A DNA stretch of 64,000 nucleotides from Chloroflexota bacterium. Lineage in GTDB: Bacteria > Chloroflexota > Dehalococcoidia > Lucifugimonadales > Australimonadaceae. Shown here piece by piece: positions 20,443 to 30,568 of this stretch (its first letter is position 1; each line of letters begins with the position of its first letter). The stretch spans positions 388 through 64,387 of the forward strand of contig VXQP01000078.1 of assembly GCA_009838965.1 (NCBI GenBank). Reading direction: 5' to 3'. Under the pieces are notes generated by a model that ran no database searches, had not been told where the DNA came from, and was given only the letters and a program-made list of their open reading frames with translations. The position numbers and the translations under genes are program-made.

Positions 20443-23400
20443 ATGCGAGTATCAGGCATTGATTTCCCAGACTATTTGCTCGACGCGCTGCATAGAGGCA
20501 AGCTAGTAGTCTTCGCCGGTGCGGGTGTTTCAATGGGCGACCCAGCCAACCTGCCCGATTTTGACAATCTGGCACACGCCATCGCGCAAGGAACTGGGCT
20601 CAGCAGAACATCTGGCGAGCAAGTCGATGCCTTCCTCGGAAGGCTCGCATTCCGCGGAGTCGCGGTCAATCAGAAGGCAGCAGAACTCCTGACACAAGGA
20701 AATCCCCGGCCGACCAGCCTGCATCGTGATCTACTCAGGCTTTTCGGTCATATCCGGAGTGTGCGTATCGTAACGACCAATTTTGACCAGTTATTTGAAG
20801 AGGCATCCGGCTCTACATTCAATAGCGTTCCCGAAGTTTTTGGAGGACCTGCTTTACCGTTGGGGAAGCGTTTCCAAGGAATTGTTCATCTCCATGGTTC
20901 ACTCATGCGACCTGATGAGATGATTCTCACCGATCAGCAGTTTGGTCAAGCTTATCTCACTGAAGAGTGGGCTCGGCGCTTTGTAGTCGATTTGTTCCGT
21001 ACCTACAGCGTCTTGTTTATCGGGTACAGCCACAGCGACATTATAATGAACTACCTAGCTCGAGCCTTACGCCTAGAAGACCCGCAACCGCGTTTTGTTC
21101 TCGCACGTGAAGGTCAAGACAACGAACAATGGGCATCTCTAGGAATCAGCCCTATATTTTATCCCGACCACGAGGATGGATCACATAGTGCACTATATCA
21201 AGGAGTCTCAGCCCTTTCTGACGTAATCAATCGTGGAACATTGGAATGGCGATTTCTTATTCACGCTGCGGCGAGACAAAAGCCCTCTTTATTGACACAA
21301 GAAGAAGAAGACAATGTACAAAATGCTTTTTCAGATGAAACACGCCTTTCATTCTTTACCGATAGTGCGTTCGACTCTGCTTGGGTCACGTGGCTGGACA
21401 GCCGAGGGTTGTTTGACAATCTGTTCACAACAGCAGAACCTAGCGCTCAAGAGGTCCTCTTGTCACAGTGGCTGGCCACTAGATTCTCTGTAACACACTC
21501 GTCACATGTGTTCAATCTGATTGCTAAGCACGGTGGACAACCGAATGCCGTTCTTTGGGAAAACCTATGCACAACCATCGGCGGTGGCTCTGACTCGTTA
21601 GACCCGTCAGTGTTGGATAGGTGGGTTTCCGTTTTGGTAAATGGCATGCCCACACAGCTACCAGGTCCTTTCTTCAATTATTCACTTGCCAGGCTAGCAC
21701 AACAATGCTCTCGATACCATCTCTTTGACGCGCTGTTGGACATAGTAGCCGCCTTATCTGTGAGTTCTTTGCCGCTATTACAAGCAGACCACTACTTTGG
21801 AGACGATGAATCGTCCAACCATTACATAATCAAACGGGTTTGGGATGACTCAGTAGCCATGCATCTCGACGCCTTAGCGGAGCCATTACTATCGTTAGCA
21901 GTTCGTGGTTTATGGAGGAGATACGTTGTCGGTAGGACTTGGCGAAACAACAATCGTTACTTTGACGCCCACAGCTGGGGACGTGCCGCGATTGAGCCAC
22001 ATAGCCAGAACAAACAGCCTCGCGTAACAGATGCGCTGCTCGATATGGCACGTGATTGCCTAAGCCATATAGCAGAACGCAATATTACAGTCCTTCAATG
22101 TTGGTGCGACTATTTGGTGGCCTCAGATGCTCCTCTGCTTCGGCGATTAGCCATTCACACAATGGCCCAGCGCGGTGATCTTTCAGCAGATTCTAAAGTG
22201 GATTGGTTACTGTCTCAAACAGATATTCATGAGATAGCCTTGCACCATGAAATTTACCAGGCATTGCGAATTATCTATCCGTCCGCTGATAGTATTCATA
22301 GACAACAAATCATCGACTCTATCCTGAAGTATCAAATGCCTCGTAAAGGAGATATAGATAGCCAGAGGCTTACTGCCTATCACCGCTTTAGCCTATTCAA
22401 TTGGTTACATGAAGCCTTTCCCGGTTGCAAATTGGCATTAGAGAGGCTGAATGAGGTCATACGAGAGTACCCATACTTTGAAGCGCGTGACCATCCAGAT
22501 TTAACTCATTGGATCACATCAGAACAATATCTCCCATTGAGCCCTTGGACTGTAGAATCGTTACTTTCTAGGCCTGCAGGAGAATGGCGAGAAGAGCTCT
22601 TGGCATTCCAGGACGACTCGATGTCTGGGCCCAATCGGGAAGGCGTCAAGGATGCCATCAGGGAGGCACTCCGCCAAGATTACGAATGGGGGTTTAAATT
22701 AGCCAGTGCTCTAGTCGCGAACGAGAATTGGGACAGCTATATCTGGTCATCCATAGTTGAGGCCTGGTCGGACGAGTTAACTGCAAGACAGCATCGGCAG
22801 GTTCTTCAACTGCTAGACCAACCTGCACTCCTAGCGGAACACCCAAGTGAGTTATCTGATTTACTCCTTAGCCTTGTCAAGAAGAATACGGCGCCATACC
22901 CATTAGTCGTAGAGGCGAATCCTCTAGCAGCAAAGCTTAAGAACTATATAATCCAGGATAAGCGTATCTTATCGGAAGCAGACTGGCTGCAGCAGGCTAT
23001 CAATCATCCTGCCGGAGCCCTTGCAGAGTATTGGCTGCATAGTTTGACCATCCATAGGAAACAGTACCCAGATAGGGCTGCTTTAAATGAAGAATACCTA
23101 TCAGCTTTATCAAAGATTGTCGAGGATGAGACACTCGTTGGACACCTCGGTAAGGCGATTCTTGGAAGAAACGTTCATTTCTTGCTCGATACCGACAGCG
23201 AATGGACAAAGAAATACTTCTTGCCTATCTTCAATGACTATACGAAGAAAGAGGCGTGCCGAGCAGTCTGGGCCGGCTTTATGTACGGTAGGCCTCTCAC
23301 TCCAGCAGTTGCAGACTTAATGAAAGAGTATTTCTTAGAAGCATTGCCATACTTTGAAGAGCTGTTCCCCGAAGAAGCACTCCGGTCTGGGTTCATATCT

Positions 23401-23964
23401 CGCTATGTGGCGATGCTGATTTACTTTGTAGAAGACCCCTTCACTGAGTGGGTTCCTCGATTCTTCCAATATGCTGATTCGACTCAACACAGGCGACACT
23501 TCGTAGATTCCATCGGCATGGTTCTGAGGAATACGGGGGAAGCTCCTTTGTCAGAGTTCTGGAATACATTTGTCAAGCCCTTCTGGCAAGGCCGGTTGCG
23601 AAGCATACCCCCGCCTCCTTTGGAGGATGAGGAGATTGAGGCCATGCTGGACTGGTTACCCTATCTGGGTGCCCAGTTTCCCGAAGCCGTTGAACTGGTA
23701 GCCCAGACTCCGGGAGCAAAACTGGACGACGGTCTACTAGTGTTCGGCCTGAAGGATCGCGGGCTTGGGGAAGTGTACCCCGAGGCAACTGCGCAATTGA
23801 TGATTTATCTTGGCGCCTCAGTCCAAGGACTAGCGGACTGGCGATGGCACTTGGCCAAAGACCTCATCGACGGGCTTCTTGAACTTGACCTATCGGAAGA
23901 TTCAAGGACCAGACTGCAAGAGTTGCAGGTCAGGCTTGGCTTAGGAGACCAGCCGGAAGGATAG
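20443..23964 (+). CDS. SIR2-domain anti-phage protein, Dsr1-like (N-terminal SIR2 NADase, long helical C-terminus, DUF4020-like)
   Basis: 'VVFAGAGVS', 'IVTTNFD', 'HLHGS', 'LFIGYS' in a 1173-aa protein. Visibly AT-richer than its flanks. Confidence 0.8.
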   Translation: MRVSGIDFPDYLLDALHRGKLVVFAGAGVSMGDPANLPDFDNLAHAIAQGTGLSRTSGEQVDAFLGRLAFRGVAVNQKAAELLTQGNPRPTSLHRDLLRLFGHIRSVRIVTTNFDQLFEEASGSTFNSVPEVFGGPALPLGKRFQGIVHLHGSLMRPDEMILTDQQFGQAYLTEEWARRFVVDLFRTYSVLFIGYSHSDIIMNYLARALRLEDPQPRFVLAREGQDNEQWASLGISPIFYPDHEDGSHSALYQGVSALSDVINRGTLEWRFLIHAAARQKPSLLTQEEEDNVQNAFSDETRLSFFTDSAFDSAWVTWLDSRGLFDNLFTTAEPSAQEVLLSQWLATRFSVTHSSHVFNLIAKHGGQPNAVLWENLCTTIGGGSDSLDPSVLDRWVSVLVNGMPTQLPGPFFNYSLARLAQQCSRYHLFDALLDIVAALSVSSLPLLQADHYFGDDESSNHYIIKRVWDDSVAMHLDALAEPLLSLAVRGLWRRYVVGRTWRNNNRYFDAHSWGRAAIEPHSQNKQPRVTDALLDMARDCLSHIAERNITVLQCWCDYLVASDAPLLRRLAIHTMAQRGDLSADSKVDWLLSQTDIHEIALHHEIYQALRIIYPSADSIHRQQIIDSILKYQMPRKGDIDSQRLTAYHRFSLFNWLHEAFPGCKLALERLNEVIREYPYFEARDHPDLTHWITSEQYLPLSPWTVESLLSRPAGEWREELLAFQDDSMSGPNREGVKDAIREALRQDYEWGFKLASALVANENWDSYIWSSIVEAWSDELTARQHRQVLQLLDQPALLAEHPSELSDLLLSLVKKNTAPYPLVVEANPLAAKLKNYIIQDKRILSEADWLQQAINHPAGALAEYWLHSLTIHRKQYPDRAALNEEYLSALSKIVEDETLVGHLGKAILGRNVHFLLDTDSEWTKKYFLPIFNDYTKKEACRAVWAGFMYGRPLTPAVADLMKEYFLEALPYFEELFPEEALRSGFISRYVAMLIYFVEDPFTEWVPRFFQYADSTQHRRHFVDSIGMVLRNTGEAPLSEFWNTFVKPFWQGRLRSIPPPPLEDEEIEAMLDWLPYLGAQFPEAVELVAQTPGAKLDDGLLVFGLKDRGLGEVYPEATAQLMIYLGASVQGLADWRWHLAKDLIDGLLELDLSEDSRTRLQELQVRLGLGDQPEG

Positions 23965-24041
23965 TACATCGGCGTCGTGATTTGCGCATCGTGTCGGAGA
24001 TCGCGCCCAGTAGGCGCGCAGCGCCCTGGTAGGGGCAGTTC

Positions 24042-27000
24042 CTACTCGTCGTAGCGGAGAGCTTCCGCCGGGTAGATGCGCGACGCCTGTCGCGCCGGCA
24101 GGTACGTCGTCAGCAGCGACGCTCCGTAGGCAAGGACCGCCACGAGGATGACCGTTTCCCATGGAGTGGCGTACTCGACGCCCTCGAAGCTCTCGCCTAT
24201 CTCGCGGACGATGTCGACGGACAGCCCGAAACCGAGGCCGAAACCCACGACGATACCCAGCAGGGCGATGAACGAAGACTCGAGCAGGAACGAGAGCTGC
24301 ACCATGCCGCTGCGGAAGCCGATGGCTCGCAGTATGCCGATCTGCACGCGCCGCTCCACAACGGAGCGCGCCGCGATGACGCCCAGCGCCGCGATGCCCA
24401 CCACGAGGCCAAGGCCCATGAAGCCCTGGATGAGGCGGTTGAACGTGCGGTTCAGCGCAGTGAGGTCCCGCACGATCTTCTCAAGCGAGGACGCCTGCAC
24501 GCCGTGCTCCTCGAACTCCTCCTCCAGTGCTGCCGCGACCTCCTCCGCACGCGACGGGTCGTTCAAGACGATCTCGTAGCCCACGTACGGCAGGTCCACC
24601 GGTGCAAGCCGCTGCAGCACCTCGTGCCCGATGGTAACCGTGTTGACGAAGAACGCGGACTCTTCCAGCACGCCTATGACGCGCAGGCGCATCATCCGCT
24701 CCTCCGAGGAGTCGTACACCTCCACGTACACTTCGGGCAACACCTCGTCCTCGCGCTGGAAGCCCTCCAGCTGGAACGAGAAGTCCGGGCCGCCCTGCTG
24801 GAAGTCGGCAGCAGCCGGAACTATTGCGGCGCTGACGACCGCGACTTCCTCCCCCGAGGCCAGCGCGCGCCAGACGGCGCGGTCGTCGGCGTACCGCTCG
24901 TCCCGCATGAGGAACCCGTAGCCAACGGCATCGGAATAGGAGGGGTCCACGCTCGTGACGAACCAGTCCTCCAACTCCTGTTCGGTGTCCTGCTGCCGGA
25001 TGCGCACGGGCAGGCCGCTCGTTGCGCCGATGGCCGCGAACTCGGCTGCGTCCAGCGCCGGGGACTCGTCGATGCGCGCACCGAGGTCGCCGACGGGATT
25101 GGTGAAGCTGGCGTTGACAGTGACATCGAAACCGCCCGAGAACTTCCGGGTGTCGTCGAAGGCACTGTTGAACGCAGCATCGATGAAGCCGATGATCGAC
25201 AGCGTGAAGATGACGAGCGAGAACATCGCCAGGGTCATCCCCGTGCGGAAGCGGCTCGCCATCGGGTATGCCAGCGCGGTCCGGGTGATGGGCGCGAGCG
25301 TGCGCCCCCTCCCTCCCAGGACGGCTATCGCGCTGACGAGGTATCCCGAGTTGTACATGACAACCCATACCGCGCCGACCACGATGGTCACGCCGGAGAG
25401 GATGAATACCTCCAGCCCTGCGTTGAACTGGGGCAGTCCGTAGTCCTCCCAGTCGATCGGAAGGAGCCAGAGCAGGACGAGGAGCGCGCCTGCGGCCGTG
25501 TACGCGATCCGGTCCGGCAGCCGCACGGCATGGTTGAGCGCCAGGGGAACGCCGACCACCACGAGCGACAGGCCGATGGAGAAGAGTCCCAACTGCTCCG
25601 TCGATATGCCGTTGAGCGTGAGCAGGACGCCGATAACAACCATGAGATAACCGGCGATGAACAGCGCCCACGCCAGTTTCACGATGGCGCACGGCCCACT
25701 GAGCAACAGCCGCCGCAACACGCGGAGCGGACGCAGGCGCGGTATCGCCCGCAGGCCGTCCAGGTAGACAACGCCTACCGCACGCCAGTACTCCCGCAGG
25801 CGACGGCCTTCGCCGGGCGGTTCCGGGATGTCGCGCACGGCGCGCACGATGTTCAGGGTGCTCACTCGCGCAGCCGAGACGATCACGGCGAGGTAGGTGA
25901 CCACCATCCCCAGCGTGTAGGCGAGCAGCAGGCTCTGCCACCGGAACGCGAACACGATCTCGAAGCCGTCGAACTCGTCTATCGCCCCCAACGCGGCCGA
26001 TATGATGCGCACCATGACGAGACCGACCACGATGCCGAGCGCGCTGCCGACCGCCGCCGCCGCAAGCGAGTAGACCGCACCTTCGAACGTGAACAGCCGA
26101 ACGATGTCCCCGCGCTGTGCGCCCACTGCCCGCGCGATGCCCAGTTCGCGCTTCCGCTCCGCCGCCAGCATCACGAAGATGAGTGCGATGAGCAGGATGC
26201 CCGCCATGATGGAGAACGTCCCGAACAGCAGAAAGATGCTCGCGAACTGGTCGCCTGTCTGGTCGGCCTGTTCGAGGCCATCCCGCTTGACGTCGTTGTA
26301 GTCGAGGCCGCGCTCATCGCGGAGGTCCTCGAAGGCGTCCAACACTGCGTCCGTGTGCCGCGCGCCCGAGATGGCATCGCCCTCGTTCGAGATGAAGACG
26401 AAGTTGATGTTCCCCTGCTCGCCCAGGAGCGCCTGCATGTCGCTCAGACGCATCACGGACAGCGGGGAGGATGAGCTGGTGGCGCCGCCCTCGTCGAAGA
26501 CGCCCGCGACGCTCACCGTCACCGGTATCTCCTCGAAGAATAGGGCGAGCTGATCACCGGGTTCGGCGCGCAGGTCCTCGGCGGCATCGGCGCCCAGGTA
26601 CAGCTCGTTCCTTCCGAGCGCCCCCAGGTCGAGTTCGCTGCCGTCCGCATCGAGGTAGCGCCCGAAGCCGTCCACGTGCGCAGGGTCCAGTCCCTGCACC
26701 CGCAACCCCGGCACGCTGCGGTCCGAAGCGAGCGATATGGCAGGCGCCGACCAACTGATCGCCGGCATCACGCCGTCGACAGGCGCATCAACGAGCGCCG
26801 AACGGACGGCATCGGCAGTCTCCTCGGGCATGAACGCCCGTATGCCGGACGCATCCCGCTCTTCAGAGAAGACGGTTTCGTCGAGATGCCCCAGCTGCTT
26901 GACCACCAGCACACGCACCGAGTGCGAGAGCGTGTCGCCGGTGGCGAACGACGCCGAGAAGAGGACTGTTGCCAGCATGAGGCCGACGACGATGAGCACG

Positions 27001-27155
27001 GTCTGCGATCGCCGCCGCGGGATGTTGCGGACCGCCATCTTCAATACGACGGGGTTGCGCAGCACGAAGAAGGCTGTCACGACAGCGGCGACGAGGAACA
27101 CGACCGTGAGTACGGTGGTCAGCGTGCCGATGGGGATGCCGAAGAGCGTCTCCAC
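24042..27155 (-). CDS. ABC transporter permease, FtsX/MacB-like with two permease domains
   Basis: 'ERKRELGIARAVG' and 'ERRVQIGILRAIG', C-terminal 'PAEALRYDE'. Confidence 0.9.
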   Translation of the reverse strand: METLFGIPIGTLTTVLTVVFLVAAVVTAFFVLRNPVVLKMAVRNIPRRRSQTVLIVVGLMLATVLFSASFATGDTLSHSVRVLVVKQLGHLDETVFSEERDASGIRAFMPEETADAVRSALVDAPVDGVMPAISWSAPAISLASDRSVPGLRVQGLDPAHVDGFGRYLDADGSELDLGALGRNELYLGADAAEDLRAEPGDQLALFFEEIPVTVSVAGVFDEGGATSSSSPLSVMRLSDMQALLGEQGNINFVFISNEGDAISGARHTDAVLDAFEDLRDERGLDYNDVKRDGLEQADQTGDQFASIFLLFGTFSIMAGILLIALIFVMLAAERKRELGIARAVGAQRGDIVRLFTFEGAVYSLAAAAVGSALGIVVGLVMVRIISAALGAIDEFDGFEIVFAFRWQSLLLAYTLGMVVTYLAVIVSAARVSTLNIVRAVRDIPEPPGEGRRLREYWRAVGVVYLDGLRAIPRLRPLRVLRRLLLSGPCAIVKLAWALFIAGYLMVVIGVLLTLNGISTEQLGLFSIGLSLVVVGVPLALNHAVRLPDRIAYTAAGALLVLLWLLPIDWEDYGLPQFNAGLEVFILSGVTIVVGAVWVVMYNSGYLVSAIAVLGGRGRTLAPITRTALAYPMASRFRTGMTLAMFSLVIFTLSIIGFIDAAFNSAFDDTRKFSGGFDVTVNASFTNPVGDLGARIDESPALDAAEFAAIGATSGLPVRIRQQDTEQELEDWFVTSVDPSYSDAVGYGFLMRDERYADDRAVWRALASGEEVAVVSAAIVPAAADFQQGGPDFSFQLEGFQREDEVLPEVYVEVYDSSEERMMRLRVIGVLEESAFFVNTVTIGHEVLQRLAPVDLPYVGYEIVLNDPSRAEEVAAALEEEFEEHGVQASSLEKIVRDLTALNRTFNRLIQGFMGLGLVVGIAALGVIAARSVVERRVQIGILRAIGFRSGMVQLSFLLESSFIALLGIVVGFGLGFGLSVDIVREIGESFEGVEYATPWETVILVAVLAYGASLLTTYLPARQASRIYPAEALRYDE

Positions 27156-27157
27156 CG

Positions 27158-27865
27158 TCAGTTGCCCTTCCCGTCAGTGGAGATCATCTCGTCGCTCTCG
27201 ATCTGGCCGTCCCGCATCCGCACCATGCGTCCGGCGCGGGAGCCGACTACGGAGTCGTGGGTAACGAGAACGAACGTCTGCTCGCGCTCCTTATTGAGGC
27301 GACAGAGCAGGTCCATGATGTGCGTGCCGGTCTCGCTGTCCAGCGCACCAGTCGGTTCGTCCGCCCAGACGATGGCGGGGTCGTTCACGAGCGCCCGGGC
27401 TATGGTCACACGCTGCTGCTGGCCGCCGGACATCTCCGCCGGGCGCTTGTTCGCCTGGTCCGCGAGCTCCACCATCTCCAGCACTTCCATCGCGCGGGAG
27501 CGGGCTTTCGCCTGGCCCTGGCCCGCGAGCAACAGCGGCAGTTCCACGTTCTCCGCTCCGGTGAGCACCGGAAGCAGGTTGTAGGCCTGGAACACGAACC
27601 CCATGCTCATCGCGCGGAACCGTGTACGCTCCCTGTCCGACATCTCGTGCACGGACGCCCCATCTATGACGACCTCTCCACTCGTCACGTCGTCTATGCC
27701 GGAGAAGGTGTTGAGCAGCGTGGTCTTCCCGGAACCGGAGGGCCCCATCACCGCGACCATCTGCCCTCTGCCAATCGAGAGGTCTATCCCCTGCAGAGCG
27801 TGCACCTCTATCTCGCCCGCCCGGTACGTCTTCACCACGCCCTGCGCCTCTATGATGTTCGTCAC
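27158..27865 (-). CDS. ABC transporter ATP-binding protein (LolD/MacB-type)
   Basis: GPSGSGKT, 'MSGGQQQRV', 'ADEPTGALD'. GTG start after AGGAGG. Confidence 0.92.
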   Translation of the reverse strand: MTNIIEAQGVVKTYRAGEIEVHALQGIDLSIGRGQMVAVMGPSGSGKTTLLNTFSGIDDVTSGEVVIDGASVHEMSDRERTRFRAMSMGFVFQAYNLLPVLTGAENVELPLLLAGQGQAKARSRAMEVLEMVELADQANKRPAEMSGGQQQRVTIARALVNDPAIVWADEPTGALDSETGTHIMDLLCRLNKEREQTFVLVTHDSVVGSRAGRMVRMRDGQIESDEMISTDGKGN

Positions 27866-27947
27866 ACGGTTCCTCCTGTACCACTGCTGCACAGATACCA
27901 TCGCATCCCCGGCAGGCGCTGACAACAGCCACACGGCAGTCCCGTCG

Positions 27948-27972
27948 TTGTTCGACAGACTCACCACGAACC
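27948..27972. repeat. REP-like GTTCGACAGACTCACCACGAAC
   Basis: Resembles the copy at 48480-48504 (GGTTCGACAGGCTCACCATGAGC). Confidence 0.5.
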
Positions 27973-27985
27973 GTGCAACGGGGCA

Positions 27986-29233
27986 TCAGGAAGCCGGCGT
28001 GCCCTCCGCCTGGGAAAGTGAAGGCGTCGTCCTCGACACAACCAGAAAGGCCGCCGCGCAGAGCAGCACGACACCGATGATCCCGAACGCCGCGGGGATG
28101 CCCAGCGGCGCGGCGATGGCGCCGACCAGGAGCGGCCCGCCCAGCTGGCCAACGTTCACGGTCCCCTGCCACGTCCCGAGGAAGTAGCCGCGCTTCTCCT
28201 CGGGCGCGAGGTCCATCGCGTACGTCTGGAGGGTATTCATGCCTACCACCTCGCCGATGCCGAACACGCCCGCCACGATCAGCGCAATCAGCAGGCCCTC
28301 CATCCCGAAGAGCAGAAACATCGAGCCCGCCATCGTCACGAGCCCGAGCAGCAGGACGGGTTTGCGACCCCACCAGTCCACCACGGCGCCCACCGGCATC
28401 GAGATGAGCATCGCGATCAAGCCGGACAAACCGATCGCAGTGCCTATCTCGACGACGCTCAGTCCTACTTCCTCTGCCTGCACCGGGAAGTAGGTGCGGA
28501 ACGCGCCGGGCCCTGCGGTGACGAGGCCTATCGCGAGTGTCACCACGCTCAGCGTGAGGAAGTTGCGCGTCCTGAAGATCGACACGTCCAGCCGCAGACG
28601 GCGGCGTGGACGCTCCCCGGGCTCAGGCACAGGGGTCGGAGCGTGCCGCGTCTCGCGGATCAGCAGCCACGTGATCACGATGATGAAGATCTTGGTCACG
28701 CCGATGAAGACCATGACCGCCCCGATGTCGAATGCCGTAGCGATCACCCCGGCAGCAGCCGGTCCGGCGAGGATGCCAAGCCGCATGGACGTGTTCCGCA
28801 ACGCGACGCCCCGGCCCCGGTTGGTCACGCGGGTGAAGTCGGCGAGCAACGCAGCCGACCCCGTCACCCAGACGGCGACGCCGAAGCCGGAGATGAGTTC
28901 GAGCCCCAGGAATACGGCGTAGCTGTCGGTGAACCCCTGCATGGCCGCCGCGCCGCCGTGCAGCACACACCCGGCGACCACGATCGGCCGCCGCCCCAGC
29001 CGGTCGGCGAGGGCTCCCGCCAGCGGCCCGCCGACGATCCTCGGGGCGGCGCTGAACGCCGAGACGAGGCCGACGAGGAAGAACGTGCCGCCGAGGTCGA
29101 AGGCGAGCAGGGGCCGCGCCATCCAGAGGGCTCCCGTGCCGAAGCCCCACAGGAAGAACGCCGAGAACACCGGCAGTGCTTCCTTGCTGAGGAGGCCGGG
29201 TTGCTGCTCGGCGTCGCGGTCTTCGTTCATCAC
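27986..29233 (-). CDS. MFS transporter
   Basis: Motif A 'GALADRLGRR' and 'GAVVDWWGRK', about 12 TM segments. Confidence 0.9.
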   Translation of the reverse strand: MMNEDRDAEQQPGLLSKEALPVFSAFFLWGFGTGALWMARPLLAFDLGGTFFLVGLVSAFSAAPRIVGGPLAGALADRLGRRPIVVAGCVLHGGAAAMQGFTDSYAVFLGLELISGFGVAVWVTGSAALLADFTRVTNRGRGVALRNTSMRLGILAGPAAAGVIATAFDIGAVMVFIGVTKIFIIVITWLLIRETRHAPTPVPEPGERPRRRLRLDVSIFRTRNFLTLSVVTLAIGLVTAGPGAFRTYFPVQAEEVGLSVVEIGTAIGLSGLIAMLISMPVGAVVDWWGRKPVLLLGLVTMAGSMFLLFGMEGLLIALIVAGVFGIGEVVGMNTLQTYAMDLAPEEKRGYFLGTWQGTVNVGQLGGPLLVGAIAAPLGIPAAFGIIGVVLLCAAAFLVVSRTTPSLSQAEGTPAS

Positions 29234-29271
29234 ACCCCCATCCTAACCTTCCCCCGTCAAGGGGGAAGGGA
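29231..29271. repeat. CACCCCCATCCTAACCTTCCCCC-N-GGGGGAAGGG hairpin repeat
   Basis: Near-copy of the element at about 5747. Confidence 0.7.
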
Positions 29272-29344
29272 TCAGGCACGCGTGTGGGGCGCACGTCGGG
29301 TAGAATCGCGAGGTTCCCGACCCTGCGCGCGAAGGAGTTGCCCC

Positions 29345-30568
29345 ATGCCCGGCCCGCTCGACGGCATACGCGTCATAGACCTCACCCGCATCCTCGCGGG
29401 GCCGTTCTCGACGATGCTCATGGCCGACCTCGGCGCGGACGTCATCAAGGTAGAGCAGCCGGAGACGGGCGACCCGGCGCGCGGGAACGGGCCGTTCCTC
29501 ACCCCGGAGGGGGCGGAGACGGACGAGCAGGCGTTCAGCACGTACTTCATGAGCATCAACCGCGGGAAGCGGAGCATCGCCATCGACCTCGCGAACCCGA
29601 AAGGGCGCGAGGTGCTGCTGCGGCTCGCCGAGACCGCCGACGTGCTCATCGAGAACTTCCGCCCGGGCTCGATGCAGCGGCTGGGGCTGGACTACGAGGC
29701 CGTGCGGGCGCGCAACCCGCGCATCGTCATGTGCTCGGTCTCGGGCTTCGGTCAGACGGGGCCGTACGCCCAGCGCGCGGCGCTCGACGTCATCGTGCAG
29801 GGAATGGGCGGGATGCTGAGCATCACGGGCGAGCCCGGACGCGGCCCGGTGCGCCCCGGCGCGAGCATCGGCGACATCACCGCGGCGCTCTTCTCCACCG
29901 TCGCCATCCAGAGCGCGCTGCTGGAGCGCGAGCGCTCGGGCGAGGGGCAGTACATCGACATCGGGATGCTGGACTGCCAGGTCTCCATCATGGAGAACGC
30001 GTTCATGCGCTATTTCACGCTCGGGCAGGTGCCACAGCGCATCGGCACGCGCCATCCGAGCTCCACGCCGTTCCAGGCGTTCCAGACCGCCGACGGCTAC
30101 GTCGTGGTCGCCATCATGGGCGGCGGGACGGACCAGTGGCCGCTCTTCTGCGCGGCGATAGACCACGTGGAGCTGATGGACGACCCGCGCTACCTCACCG
30201 GCTGGTCGCGCACGCAGCACTACGACGAGCTGATCCCGGTGATCGAAGAGGCGATGCTGCAGAAGACGACCGCCGAGTGGGTGGAGATACTGAACGAGAT
30301 GGGTGTTCCGGCGGGGCCGGTGCAGGACATCGCGCAGGTGGCCGACGACCCGCAGGTGAACCATCGCGAGATGTTCGTGGAGATGGAGCACCCGGTGCTG
30401 GGGCCCGTGCGGTTCACCGGCAACCCCATCAAGATGTCGCGGACGCCCAGCGGCCCCAACCGCGTCCCGCCGCAGCTCGGCGAGCAGACGCTGGAAGTGC
30501 TGACCGCCGACCTCGGCATGCCTCAGGACGAAGCGGCGGCGCTCATGGCTGAGGGAGTCGTGGCGTGA
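29345..30568 (+). CDS. CoA-transferase family III (CaiB/BaiF)
   Basis: 'PLDGIRVIDLTRILAGP', 'DLGADVIKVE', 'NRGKRS', 'ENFRPG', 'SGFGQTGP'. Confidence 0.95.
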   Translation: MPGPLDGIRVIDLTRILAGPFSTMLMADLGADVIKVEQPETGDPARGNGPFLTPEGAETDEQAFSTYFMSINRGKRSIAIDLANPKGREVLLRLAETADVLIENFRPGSMQRLGLDYEAVRARNPRIVMCSVSGFGQTGPYAQRAALDVIVQGMGGMLSITGEPGRGPVRPGASIGDITAALFSTVAIQSALLERERSGEGQYIDIGMLDCQVSIMENAFMRYFTLGQVPQRIGTRHPSSTPFQAFQTADGYVVVAIMGGGTDQWPLFCAAIDHVELMDDPRYLTGWSRTQHYDELIPVIEEAMLQKTTAEWVEILNEMGVPAGPVQDIAQVADDPQVNHREMFVEMEHPVLGPVRFTGNPIKMSRTPSGPNRVPPQLGEQTLEVLTADLGMPQDEAAALMAEGVVA

